Shown here piece by piece: positions 1 to 8,294 of a stretch of 32,000 nt of DNA. Below the pieces are notes generated by a model. The model had not been told where the DNA came from and did not search any database. It was given only the letters and a program-made list of their open reading frames with translations. The position numbers and the translations under genes were made by a program. Each line of letters opens with the position of its first letter. The stretch's first letter is position 1. The stretch comes from Planctopirus limnophila DSM 3776 (GTDB lineage: Bacteria; Planctomycetota; Planctomycetia; Planctomycetales; Planctomycetaceae), in the NCBI RefSeq assembly GCF_000092105.1, contig NC_014148.1, forward strand, positions 4,770,001 to 4,802,000, given 5' to 3'.

Positions 1-290
1 ATGAACCAGGTGTTCTCCCAATGACTGCGAGAGCCGAAGGTGAGACACTGTGTGACGAGTTCCTCGGCGTGGCCGTTTCTGTCTGTCGTCAGTGTGAATT
101 CACGGGCTTCACAATCGGCGCAAAGCCCACCCCGCTCCGCCCGGATATGAACCATCGCACCGGGGATCGGCTCACCGGTCGCCGCATCGACCACGGCGAA
201 CCGCACTCTCAGATCAGCATGCCCCACCCATTTTGTACTGATGTAAAGAGGCGAACCAAGCACCACCGCCAGCCCGATCACAGGGAGCAT
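1..290 (-). CDS. Hypothetical protein, N-terminal part only; the gene runs off the window start. It has an N-terminal hydrophobic anchor followed by a beta-sandwich-like segment.
   Basis: My reverse-strand translation from the ATG at 288-290 gives MLPVIGLAVVLGSPLYISTKWVGHADLRVRFAVVDAATGEPIPGAMVHIRAERGG... and stays open to position 1. A stop lies just upstream, and GTG/TTG alternatives exist up to about 305. It is absent from the ORF track, presumably because it has no stop inside the window. The overlapping + ORF 21..461 is R/H-rich and looks like an antisense artefact. Confidence 0.4.
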   Translation of the reverse strand, partial: MLPVIGLAVVLGSPLYISTKWVGHADLRVRFAVVDAATGEPIPGAMVHIRAERGGLCADCEAREFTLTTDRNGHAEELVTQCLTFGSRSHWENTWF

Positions 291-375
291 CAGCGCCAAT
301 CGACACACCGCACCTCAACCGTTGGTTACCTACGGATCCTGCTTCTCTTCTGCGTACTCACCCTATTTCGTCTAT

Positions 376-2337
376 TCACAATTGTGTCAGAACTCGATCA
401 ACGAATTGTGTACTCGACGCACGGACGAGCATTCGATCACAGAGTGTTGTCAAAACGCTAGAGACTTTTCCTGATTCACTAAGTTCCTCAAGAACTGCTG
501 TAATCAACATGGTATTTTTCTGCCTAACCCCATCGATATACCCTCGCCTCTTACGTGCCTGCTTTTCCGCAGCCTCCCATACGCTTTCACCAAAATCACT
601 CTTGACTGACTCAAAGATACATTTCGGCCAGCATACAAACTCATCCTTAAAAACAATATCTTTCGGAAACGACGGATGATCTGGAAATCCAAGCAGAGCA
701 AAAAGACACTTGTTATCTCGCTCATGGCCTTTACGATTACTCTTGTCATCTCCATCAGTATCGAAAACAGCAAAATATGGAATACAAAGCTGTTGTGAAA
801 TGACAATTGGCCTACTCAAGTTTGATTTACCTATCGCAACTACGAAGTGGCACCCATATTTGCGAAAGTCTCTCCATCGATTGGTAACTTTGAGGTGAGT
901 CGCAATGAAGGCGACATCCTCAACTCCTTCAACAAGAACAGCAAATTTTGAAAAATACATCTCTCTAAGTGATGGTTGCATGATCTGTTCCAATGATGTC
1001 ATCACTACCGATGGGAGATCAGGCTTCGCCCCGAGTGCGCTAGCAATTGCATTCTCGTATTCAACAAAGCTTGTGCTCGCAACCAAAGAGCATTTGTCGT
1101 GTGAATGCTTTCGAACCACTCGCACATTCTCAAACCCCCTCGCGCTCACAAAATATGGACTATGCGTACTAATCATGACTTGTGAGTTTGTGCTGACACT
1201 CTCGGACAGTTCCTGAAGCACATCCGCAATATGCATAGCCTGAGACGGATGTTGATAGAGTTCCGGTTCCTCCATGCCTAGTATCAGCGTTGGTCCACTT
1301 TCTCCACCGCCCATCGCAAGTTCATGAAGGAGCGCAACGAGGAAAGCTCGTTGCATGCCATGCCCAAGTCTTGCAACTTCGCCAATAAAATTATCCTCTC
1401 CCAATGATGCTCTCGCTACTGGCTCCTGCACCACAACAGTTTTATTTGGGTCAAAGTACCAGGATAACTGTAGATTCGCATTGGGATTTGCCCATTCACG
1501 TAGTCGTTCTTGTATGTTCCCGCTGAGTTCGTCAAGAGCGGATTTTTCACTATCAAGCAGTTCCCTGTACTGCTTTTCCAATCCATTTCTTAACCGTGCA
1601 ATCGACTCCTTAAAACTAACCTTTGTTCGGATGGAACGCTGAAACAACTGACCGAGCGCTGTTTTACTTCCTTCCTCTTGTTCTGTTGATGCCTCTTTTA
1701 CAGCGGGAATATAAACCCATTGAATGTATTTGGAGAGAAGATTTGATCCTTTGGTGAACCCAAAAAATTGATGCGCCGATTCAATCAAGCTGCATAATTC
1801 TGGATGGGATTCTTCATATGCTCGAAGTGCGGCAACACGACTTGGTCCTGTCGTAGCATTTGGTAATTCTGAATAGGTCTTTTGAATGTCATCATAAATC
1901 TGTTTTAGCTCTGCGGCTTTTTTACCTTCTTCGTCGGCTTTAAAATATGGAGAAAAGTCTTCCATAACCATTCGCTGGCCGAATTGGCGAACTTCCGCAT
2001 ACGATGTCTTTTCATTCCATATGGCTTTTGCTGAGATCGTTAACTGCCCTTGTCGGTAGTATAATCCGAGATCGTCTATTGCCTCAGCTGTGAGACAAGT
2101 AAATGTCAAGGTTATTACTATGGGTTTGCTAGTATCTCGATGATGAAAGTCTTCGGCACCCAAATTTACAACGTCGGTGACACTTGAGGAGCTGTTCCGA
2201 AAGAATACATTTAAGGCCATTAGTATTGTCGATTTTCCAGATCCGTTTGACCCGACAAAACACGTGTAATTGTCAAAATGGACAGTTTCATCACGAAATG
2301 AGCGGAAATTCTGTATTCGAACTTGTGATATCTTCAT
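376..2337 (-). CDS. OLD-family ATP-dependent endonuclease: N-terminal ABC/SMC-like ATPase fused to a C-terminal Toprim nuclease. It is stand-alone, like class 1 P2 Old.
   Basis: 653 aa with an ATG start. Walker A is GSNGSGKST (aa 29-37, nt 2227-2253). A signature-like LGHGMQRAF follows. Walker B/D-loop is LILGMEEPELYQHP (aa 351-364) and the H-loop is ISTHSP. Toprim Glu is in VLVEGVED (E470) and the acidic DxD cluster is FDTDGDD (aa 525-531). The gene is visibly AT-rich: a sampled line is about 38% GC against about 58% in the neighbouring gene. Confidence 0.85.
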   Translation of the reverse strand: MKISQVRIQNFRSFRDETVHFDNYTCFVGSNGSGKSTILMALNVFFRNSSSSVTDVVNLGAEDFHHRDTSKPIVITLTFTCLTAEAIDDLGLYYRQGQLTISAKAIWNEKTSYAEVRQFGQRMVMEDFSPYFKADEEGKKAAELKQIYDDIQKTYSELPNATTGPSRVAALRAYEESHPELCSLIESAHQFFGFTKGSNLLSKYIQWVYIPAVKEASTEQEEGSKTALGQLFQRSIRTKVSFKESIARLRNGLEKQYRELLDSEKSALDELSGNIQERLREWANPNANLQLSWYFDPNKTVVVQEPVARASLGEDNFIGEVARLGHGMQRAFLVALLHELAMGGGESGPTLILGMEEPELYQHPSQAMHIADVLQELSESVSTNSQVMISTHSPYFVSARGFENVRVVRKHSHDKCSLVASTSFVEYENAIASALGAKPDLPSVVMTSLEQIMQPSLREMYFSKFAVLVEGVEDVAFIATHLKVTNRWRDFRKYGCHFVVAIGKSNLSRPIVISQQLCIPYFAVFDTDGDDKSNRKGHERDNKCLFALLGFPDHPSFPKDIVFKDEFVCWPKCIFESVKSDFGESVWEAAEKQARKRRGYIDGVRQKNTMLITAVLEELSESGKVSSVLTTLCDRMLVRASSTQFVDRVLTQL

Positions 2338-2415
2338 TTAATTGTGAGCTCTTACTGAGTTTTTGCGTAGGTGGTGAATAATGGCCAAACAAGTTTTATG
2401 ATACGTTGAGCAATT

Positions 2416-2442
2416 GTGCATTCCGAAGACTCCATGCACCCT
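2416..2442 (+). repeat. 27-nt direct repeat, copy 1 (gtgcattccgaagactccatgcaccct). GTGCAT and ATGCAC form inverted arms.
   Basis: It matches 3900-3926 at 25 of 27 positions by hand alignment. It lies between the OLD gene start and the oxidoreductase stop. Confidence 0.75.
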
Positions 2443-2464
2443 ACATAAAATCAAACGCCTGTCC

Positions 2465-3820
2465 CTAGCCCCACGGATTCCGCTCCTCGCGGATCAGCAT
2501 CCTGTTCGCCTCGTCGTTGTCGATGAATTTCTCATTCTGGGCGTCCCATTTGGCCACCACGGGGCCGGTTTCCGGGAAGAGGCGGATCATCGCGTTGGCG
2601 ATGTGGCAGAGGACGGCTGACGAGTTCCCCACCTCGACTGGTGCCCGCGGTTCCTTCCTCGTCTTCACGCACTCCACGAAGTTCGCCAGATGGGCCGAGT
2701 GCGGGTCGTTCGTCCCCTTGGCGGCGGGTGGGCAATCCTTAAGGAGCGAGGGGTCGGAGGCGGTGGTCCCCTTATAGCCGGTCTGCAGCCAGCCGGTGGT
2801 TCCTTCGAAGCGAGTCTGTACCATTTCGGGGCCGCTTTCACAGATGAGTTCCACACCGTTGGCGTACTTGCAACGGAAGCGGGTCTCGGTAGCCGTATTG
2901 AAGAGGCTTCCTGCGGGGAGGAACTTGGCATCGAGGCATTCGATCTCCGTCGGCCCGCCCACATCCAGGTCCATCCCCCAGTGAGCCATATCGTTGCAGT
3001 GGGCCCCGAAATTTGTGATCTGCCCGCCCGAGTAGTCGTAGTGGAACCGGAAGCGATAGAGGCAGCGGTCAACGTGATACGCCGCCTCCGGTGCCGGCCC
3101 CAGCCACGCGCGATAGTCGAATGTTGCCGGGACGGGCATGGGTTGCCAGCCCGGCCCCGGCCCCACCTTGTTGTTGTAGCCCACCTTGGTGACGATCTTC
3201 TGCAGTGTGCCGATCTTCCCGCTTTTGGCCGCTTCGCAGACGAACTGGCTCACCGGGTTCGAGCGCTCATGGCTCCCCGTTTGAAAAACCTTCTTGTGCT
3301 TGCGGACAGCGTCGATCAATGGCCGACCGTCTGCCACCGAGAACGTCAGCGGCTTCTCGCAATAAACATCCTTCCCCGCTTCGAGGGCCATCACGCTGAT
3401 GATCCGATGCCAATGATCTGGCACCACAATCACCACCGCGTCGATATCCTGCCGGTCGAGCAGCTTGCGGAAGTCGGCGTAAGCCTCGCAGGTTGGCACG
3501 ACGCCACTCTTGATCCGCTTCTTCGCATCGGCTTCGACCAGTTGCTTCGCGGGGAGGCGGCCGTAGAAGTGGTCCGGCTCCTTGTAGCCGAAGCTCCCTT
3601 CGTTGACATCGCAAACGGCCACCACTTCCCCCAGCTCGGCGGCTAGAAACCGCTTCAGCAGCCCCATCCCCTGATTGCCCGTCCCGATGAACCCCACCCG
3701 CACCCGCACACTCGGTGCCTGAGCACCAAATAGCCGTGCGGGCAGCACCAGCGGAGCACCCGCCACCAGTGAACCGCCGGCGACAATCGAACTCTGGAGA
3801 AACGTGCGACGGGTAAGCAT
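2465..3820 (-). CDS. Gfo/Idh/MocA-family NAD(P)-dependent oxidoreductase with a twin-arginine (Tat) signal peptide
   Basis: The Tat motif MLTRRTFLQSSIVAGG starts at the ATG at 3820, which I prefer to the longest-ORF start at 3919. A Rossmann motif VGFIGTGNQG and a conserved EKP motif (VYCEKPL) are present. The architecture is the one common in planctomycetes. Confidence 0.9.
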   Translation of the reverse strand: MLTRRTFLQSSIVAGGSLVAGAPLVLPARLFGAQAPSVRVRVGFIGTGNQGMGLLKRFLAAELGEVVAVCDVNEGSFGYKEPDHFYGRLPAKQLVEADAKKRIKSGVVPTCEAYADFRKLLDRQDIDAVVIVVPDHWHRIISVMALEAGKDVYCEKPLTFSVADGRPLIDAVRKHKKVFQTGSHERSNPVSQFVCEAAKSGKIGTLQKIVTKVGYNNKVGPGPGWQPMPVPATFDYRAWLGPAPEAAYHVDRCLYRFRFHYDYSGGQITNFGAHCNDMAHWGMDLDVGGPTEIECLDAKFLPAGSLFNTATETRFRCKYANGVELICESGPEMVQTRFEGTTGWLQTGYKGTTASDPSLLKDCPPAAKGTNDPHSAHLANFVECVKTRKEPRAPVEVGNSSAVLCHIANAMIRLFPETGPVVAKWDAQNEKFIDNDEANRMLIREERNPWG

Positions 3821-3899
3821 GGCGGCCTCACGGGTGTCTGGTAGGGTGCATGCGAATGCACCAGCTCTGTCTTCGAGCATGAAGGGGAAGGAAATTCTG

Positions 3900-3926
3900 G
3901 TGCATTCCGAGGACTGCATGCACCCT
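3900..3926 (+). repeat. 27-nt direct repeat, copy 2 (gtgcattccgaggactgcatgcaccct)
   Basis: 25/27 identity to 2416-2442. It lies about 80 nt upstream of the oxidoreductase start. A related palindrome ggtgcat-gcga-atgcacc sits at 3845-3862. Confidence 0.75.
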
Positions 3927-4066
3927 GGACAACTTCGATTTATCGTACTCGATCAGTTTTAGAGCGCAGGCTGTCGCAAGGAAATGATGAAATCTTGCTC
4001 ACTGAGCACTTTTGGACTTTGTGATGGACCTCCCAGAATTCATAGCCGCGTGGAGGCGTCTGTGAC

Positions 4067-4123
4067 GCATGCTTGCTCCGAGCCGCAAGCATGGCACTTC
4101 TTTGTGAGCCGCAAGCATGGCAC
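4067..4123 (+). repeat. REP-like hairpin element, variant stem, plus a tandem duplicate of its right half
   Basis: The stem is catgcttgc (4068-4076) paired with gcaagcatg (4085-4093), and the loop is tccgagcc (4077-4084). The 18-mer gagccgcaagcatggcac occurs twice, at 4080-4097 and 4106-4123. Confidence 0.8.
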
Positions 4124-4201
4124 AAGAAGGCGAGCGATCTTCAGAACTTCGAATTCCTCGAAACAAGCTTGCGTGTGGCTCGACCTTGCGGCACTTTCTC
4201 A

Positions 4202-5836
4202 ATGATTGACTCTTCAAAGATTCTCCGTCCGGACACCGCAACAATGATCTCTCAGGCCCTGCGACTTGCGACGTTTTCGATCATGCTCTTGCAGTGCGTG
4301 ATGGTCTTGGGCGAAGACTCGCTGATTGTGGAATCGGCTGTGCCGGGGCTGGCACCTTCGTCGCATTATGTAGTGCGTGTGCGACCTGCCGGGACAGATC
4401 GTCCCTGGCAGGAGGCCTTTGTCTGGGAAACGGTCTGCAAACAGGTGGAGCGTAAGGCCGATGCCTACTTTGATACGCTGGCGGGCTGGTCGCATAGCTA
4501 TGTCAATTTTGAAACGAGTATCGCTGTCGAAGTTGAAATCTCGCGGGTGGATGGCCAGCCCATTCGGACGGCCGCTGTTCATCCCCAGCGAAAGGCGTCT
4601 GCGTGCGTGATTGTCGATGGGAAGGCCATCGTCACTTTGGAAAAACCTTGTCTGGTGGCGGTGGATATCAATGGCCAGATGGATGAACAGGACACAGGTA
4701 AAGGCTACAAAGGCCCACCGATTCATACAATTTCGATCTTTGCGAATCCGCCATTGCTCAATAAACCGCACGCGGATGAGGCGGGCGTTTATTGTGTCCA
4801 GCCGGGGCAGCAGCCTCCGACGGGCGGAGACTGGAAGACGCTCTACTTTCTGCCTGGTGTTCATGATATCGGCCCAGGCTATCAACTCCGTGCGCATTGC
4901 CAGTACTATATACCGGGTAATGCGATCGTGTATGGTACGTTTTCTAATCAAACCTGGGGGGCTGGGCACCATATACGAATTTTTGGGATGGGGACTTTAT
5001 CCGGCGCGAGACTCAAGCATCCTGAATACGTCTCACCAGAGCTATCTCAGGCACAGCAGAAACAGTATCGACCCATTGAAATCGTAGGGACGACGGATAC
5101 TCAGGTCGAAGGGATTACAATTGCTGATTCGGCCACGCACTCACTGATGCTCATTCATCCCTATAAGAAAGATCACCCGAATACAGTTCGCTGGACGAAG
5201 ATATTTACGTGGCGGGCGAATGGAGACGGTATTAATCCGTTTGGAAACACATTGATCGAAGATTGTTTTATCAGAACACAGGACGACTCGCTGTATGTGA
5301 GCGGCTTGGGCATACGCCGCACTGTGCTCTGGAACGATGCCAATGGCTCGTCCTTTGTGCTCAGCAGTCTTCCGGAGTTAACAGATCGGCAATTGATCGT
5401 CGAGGATTGTGATGTCATCTATAGTCGGGCGAAATGGCATCATTGGAGTGGCGGGCGGGTCTTTAACATGCGCGGTGAAGGTGGCGGAGCTGCCGGTCGC
5501 GGTGTGATCTTTCGGAATATCCATATCGAAGATCCCCGGCCAACGTTGCAGCAATTCTTCGTTTGCATGACGATGCCCGAGCCTTATTCGCGGCACGGAG
5601 AAAGCCGCTCGGCGGGTGATCTTGCGGGAATATTGTTTCAGAACATCTCGATTGCCGCCCCCAGCGTTCTGGGTGAACCTCAGCTGTTATGGGGCGCACC
5701 CAACGCCCGGATTCGGGACTTGCGATTTGAAAACCTGACAGTCTCAGGCCAACCAATCCTCGATGCTTCGTTCTTTAAGATCAACGCTGATGTCGATGGA
5801 TTAACTTTTGAAAAGACCACACCACTCGTTCCTTGA
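4202..5836 (+). CDS. Secreted right-handed beta-helix glycoside hydrolase, GH49-like (dextranase/isopullulanase type) or GH28-superfamily
   Basis: A signal-like N-terminus MISQALRLATFSIMLLQCVMVLG begins at the alternative ATG at 4244. The longest ORF begins with TTG at 4073, inside the repeat element, so I reject that start. The catalytic-type motif is WRANGDGINPFGNTLIEDCFIRTQDDSLYV, and beta-helix periodicity follows it. Confidence 0.75.
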   Translation: MIDSSKILRPDTATMISQALRLATFSIMLLQCVMVLGEDSLIVESAVPGLAPSSHYVVRVRPAGTDRPWQEAFVWETVCKQVERKADAYFDTLAGWSHSYVNFETSIAVEVEISRVDGQPIRTAAVHPQRKASACVIVDGKAIVTLEKPCLVAVDINGQMDEQDTGKGYKGPPIHTISIFANPPLLNKPHADEAGVYCVQPGQQPPTGGDWKTLYFLPGVHDIGPGYQLRAHCQYYIPGNAIVYGTFSNQTWGAGHHIRIFGMGTLSGARLKHPEYVSPELSQAQQKQYRPIEIVGTTDTQVEGITIADSATHSLMLIHPYKKDHPNTVRWTKIFTWRANGDGINPFGNTLIEDCFIRTQDDSLYVSGLGIRRTVLWNDANGSSFVLSSLPELTDRQLIVEDCDVIYSRAKWHHWSGGRVFNMRGEGGGAAGRGVIFRNIHIEDPRPTLQQFFVCMTMPEPYSRHGESRSAGDLAGILFQNISIAAPSVLGEPQLLWGAPNARIRDLRFENLTVSGQPILDASFFKINADVDGLTFEKTTPLVP

Positions 5837-6156
5837 ACCCTGTGGAACAATGGCGACCCTCAGGAAGGCTAACGGGTTAGACGTTCAAGACGCAGGCGTT
5901 TGAGCAGGGGAAGGCATCGTGACTTAGTGAAATGTCTTGCGGTCGATGAGTCTTCCCGTGTACGTAGTATCGTCGTCATCATTTGGCTCTTTTGGCAACC
6001 ACCGTGGATGGTTGTAACCCCTCGCAGATCAAATTGCACAAATGGTTTGATCGGTTCATCACAGTCACTCCTGGTGAAGGTTTTGAACCTCAAATTGTCT
6101 CGAAGCGAAATGAGGATCGTTGACTCTCGGGAAACGTAAGCGACCCGGCAATTTCC

Positions 6157-7449
6157 ATGTCTGCGGGCAAGTCATCACCTATGCGAACAGCATTGATCTG
6201 CAATGATACCCGCGGCGGAATTCAGCCTTATCTGGCCCTAGCCATCGAGCTGAAGAGTCGCGGCGATGACGTGAGATTCATCGCACCCGAGGGATATACG
6301 CGTCTGGCGGAAGAAGTGCTGCAACCGCACGGCATTTCCTTTTGCGGGCTCCCGGGGGATGTCGAGGCGGTGCTGCGAAAGCCAGAAGTCGCGCAGCAGA
6401 TGGAGAAGGGGTTCTGGGCCACTCATCGATTAATGATTCAATATGCGACAAGTGCGATGTGTGATTCGATGCGAACAGGCCTGGCAGCTGCTGAGCACTC
6501 GGACCGATTGATTGGCGGTTTTGGTGGCATGCTAGTGGGTGAATCGATTGCCGAAAAGCTGAAGATTCCCTTCATTCAGGCTCACTTGCAACCACTGACA
6601 ACGACCGGAGAGTATCCGGGATTACTGGCTCCGACCTGGTTGCCGCGATCAATCAAACCACTCAATCGATGGACTCATTCCGCATCGCGACAGATCTTCT
6701 GGCAGGCGATGCGACCTGCTCTGAATACCGCCCGAAAAACCATTCTCGATCTGGCGCCGATTCGCTTCTGGGGAAATGTGGGAAGACAGAGATCCCCGGG
6801 AGAACTCTTGCTATACGGATATTCGGCAGCACTTCTGCCACAACCGGTCGATTGGCCACGAGGCGCCCATGTCACTGGCTATTGGTTTCTCGATCGGCCG
6901 GCGGATTGGCAGCCACTGGAGGAACTGGTGCGTTTTCTTGAAGCCGGGCCACCACCTGTGGCGATTGGCTTTGGAAGTATGTCGAGTCGTGATGCTGGAG
7001 TGATGACCAAACTGGTGCTGGAAGCCGTGCAATTGGCTGGGCAGCGTGTTGTCCTGCTTTCAGGCTGGGGCGGCCTGCCTGAGACTTCACTATCGGAATG
7101 GGCCTATGCACTCGATTCCTGCCCTCACGACTGGCTGTTCCCCCAGTGCTCGCTCGCTGTCCATCATGGTGGCGCTGGTACGACAGGGGCAGCCCTGCGT
7201 GCCGGTCTTCCATCGATCGTGATCCCGTACGGCGCGGATCAGTACTTTTGGGCCGCGCGTCTCCAGGAGAAGCAGCTTGGCATCTCTCTTGGTTCGCGAA
7301 CAACTGTAACCAGCCATCAACTGGCGCAGGCCATTCAATTGCTGCTGGACAACCCCGAATACCAGCTTCGATCGCAGGCCTGCGCGCAGTTCATCGAGCA
7401 AGAGAACGGCGTCCAGCGCGCCGCCGACCTGCTGATGAACAGCCGGTGA
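6157..7449 (+). CDS. GT1-family UDP-glycosyltransferase (MGT/sterol-glucosyltransferase-like, with a GT28-type N-terminal domain)
   Basis: N-terminal ALICNDTRGGIQPYLALAIELKSRGDDVRFIAP and the C-terminal nucleotide-sugar motif HHGGAGTTGAALRAGLPSIVIPYGADQYFWA. Confidence 0.88.
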   Translation: MSAGKSSPMRTALICNDTRGGIQPYLALAIELKSRGDDVRFIAPEGYTRLAEEVLQPHGISFCGLPGDVEAVLRKPEVAQQMEKGFWATHRLMIQYATSAMCDSMRTGLAAAEHSDRLIGGFGGMLVGESIAEKLKIPFIQAHLQPLTTTGEYPGLLAPTWLPRSIKPLNRWTHSASRQIFWQAMRPALNTARKTILDLAPIRFWGNVGRQRSPGELLLYGYSAALLPQPVDWPRGAHVTGYWFLDRPADWQPLEELVRFLEAGPPPVAIGFGSMSSRDAGVMTKLVLEAVQLAGQRVVLLSGWGGLPETSLSEWAYALDSCPHDWLFPQCSLAVHHGGAGTTGAALRAGLPSIVIPYGADQYFWAARLQEKQLGISLGSRTTVTSHQLAQAIQLLLDNPEYQLRSQACAQFIEQENGVQRAADLLMNSR

Positions 7450-7456
7450 GGCGAAT

Positions 7457-7494
7457 TCCTTATTCCCAAATACTGGCATTTTTTGGAATAAGGA
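7457..7494 (+). terminator. Candidate terminator hairpin after the glycosyltransferase gene
   Basis: The 10-bp stem is tccttattcc (7457-7466) paired with ggaataagga (7485-7494). The 18-nt loop ends in a T-run, and there is no clear trailing U-tract. Confidence 0.35.
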
Positions 7495-7708
7495 GCCTCT
7501 CACAAGCTCGTTATATCGGTCGATCGACATAACGGGCCTGCCACCAGCTTCTCATTCGAGTTTGCAGAAACCGCCGGACATATGAGAACATCGATGTGTT
7601 CGCTATCTTCTAATCGACCATTCATTTGCAATATTCTCATCGACTGGCGAAGACATTTTTCGGCTCGCCGGGCTCTGTCTTGATGACCATTAGGAATGAT
7701 TGACGACC

Positions 7709-8245
7709 ATGAAATGTTCGGTCTTCATTGCCACCAGTCTGGATGGCTACATTGCCCGGGAGGATGGCCGGATCGATTGGCTGGAAGAGGCGCACAGGTC
7801 GGCACCGCCGGGAGATGACTTTGGCTATCAGGAGTTCTTCGATACGGTTGATGTGCTCATTCTGGGAAGGAAGACATTCGAGACGGTCTGGGGATTCCCG
7901 GAGTGGCCTTATGGTGAAAAGCGAGTCGTGGTTCTCAGCCAGACGCTGCACCAGCTTCCTGCGGATTGTCCACCCTCCGTCCGAATAGCTTCACAAGCAC
8001 CCGCGGAGATTGTGAAGTCGCTGGAACGTGAATCATTCCGGCGGGCTTATGTGGATGGCGGTTCGACAATCCAGAGTTTCCTGGCAGCAGGTCTCGTCAG
8101 CGACCTGACGATCACCTCGATTCCCATCCTCCTGGGAAGCGGCATTCGCCTCTTCGGCCCGCTGCCCGAGGATCTGCCTCTGATCCATGAATCGACCCGG
8201 GCCTACCCTAATGGTTTTGTGCAGACGACGTATCGGGTAGGGTAG
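7709..8245 (+). CDS. Dihydrofolate-reductase-like protein with a RibD C-terminal domain
   Basis: MKCSVFIATSLDGYIAREDGRIDWL, ILGRKTFE and YVDGGSTIQSFLAAGLVSDLTITSIPILLGSGIRLFG. I prefer the ATG at 7709 to the TTG at 7700. Confidence 0.85.
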   Translation: MKCSVFIATSLDGYIAREDGRIDWLEEAHRSAPPGDDFGYQEFFDTVDVLILGRKTFETVWGFPEWPYGEKRVVVLSQTLHQLPADCPPSVRIASQAPAEIVKSLERESFRRAYVDGGSTIQSFLAAGLVSDLTITSIPILLGSGIRLFGPLPEDLPLIHESTRAYPNGFVQTTYRVG

Positions 8246-8294
8246 AAGCAAGTCGTTTGGTTAAATGAGTCGCTACTATGCCTATATAAGCCGC

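Noticed and set aside
21-461. 146-aa plus-strand ORF at the window start
   Set aside because: Its His/Arg/Thr-rich low-complexity translation is antisense to a better minus-strand frame (1-290) and runs into the 3-prime end of the OLD gene.
2690-3646. 318-aa plus-strand ORF
   Set aside because: It lies entirely antisense to the well-supported Gfo/Idh/MocA gene. Its Arg/Gly/Pro/Ala-rich composition is typical of shadow ORFs in GC-rich coding DNA.
5869-6139. Two overlapping 74-aa and 79-aa ORFs in the 320-nt gap between the hydrolase and glycosyltransferase genes
   Set aside because: They overlap each other on opposite strands and have no signal, motif or ribosome-binding site. There is not enough evidence to call either one.
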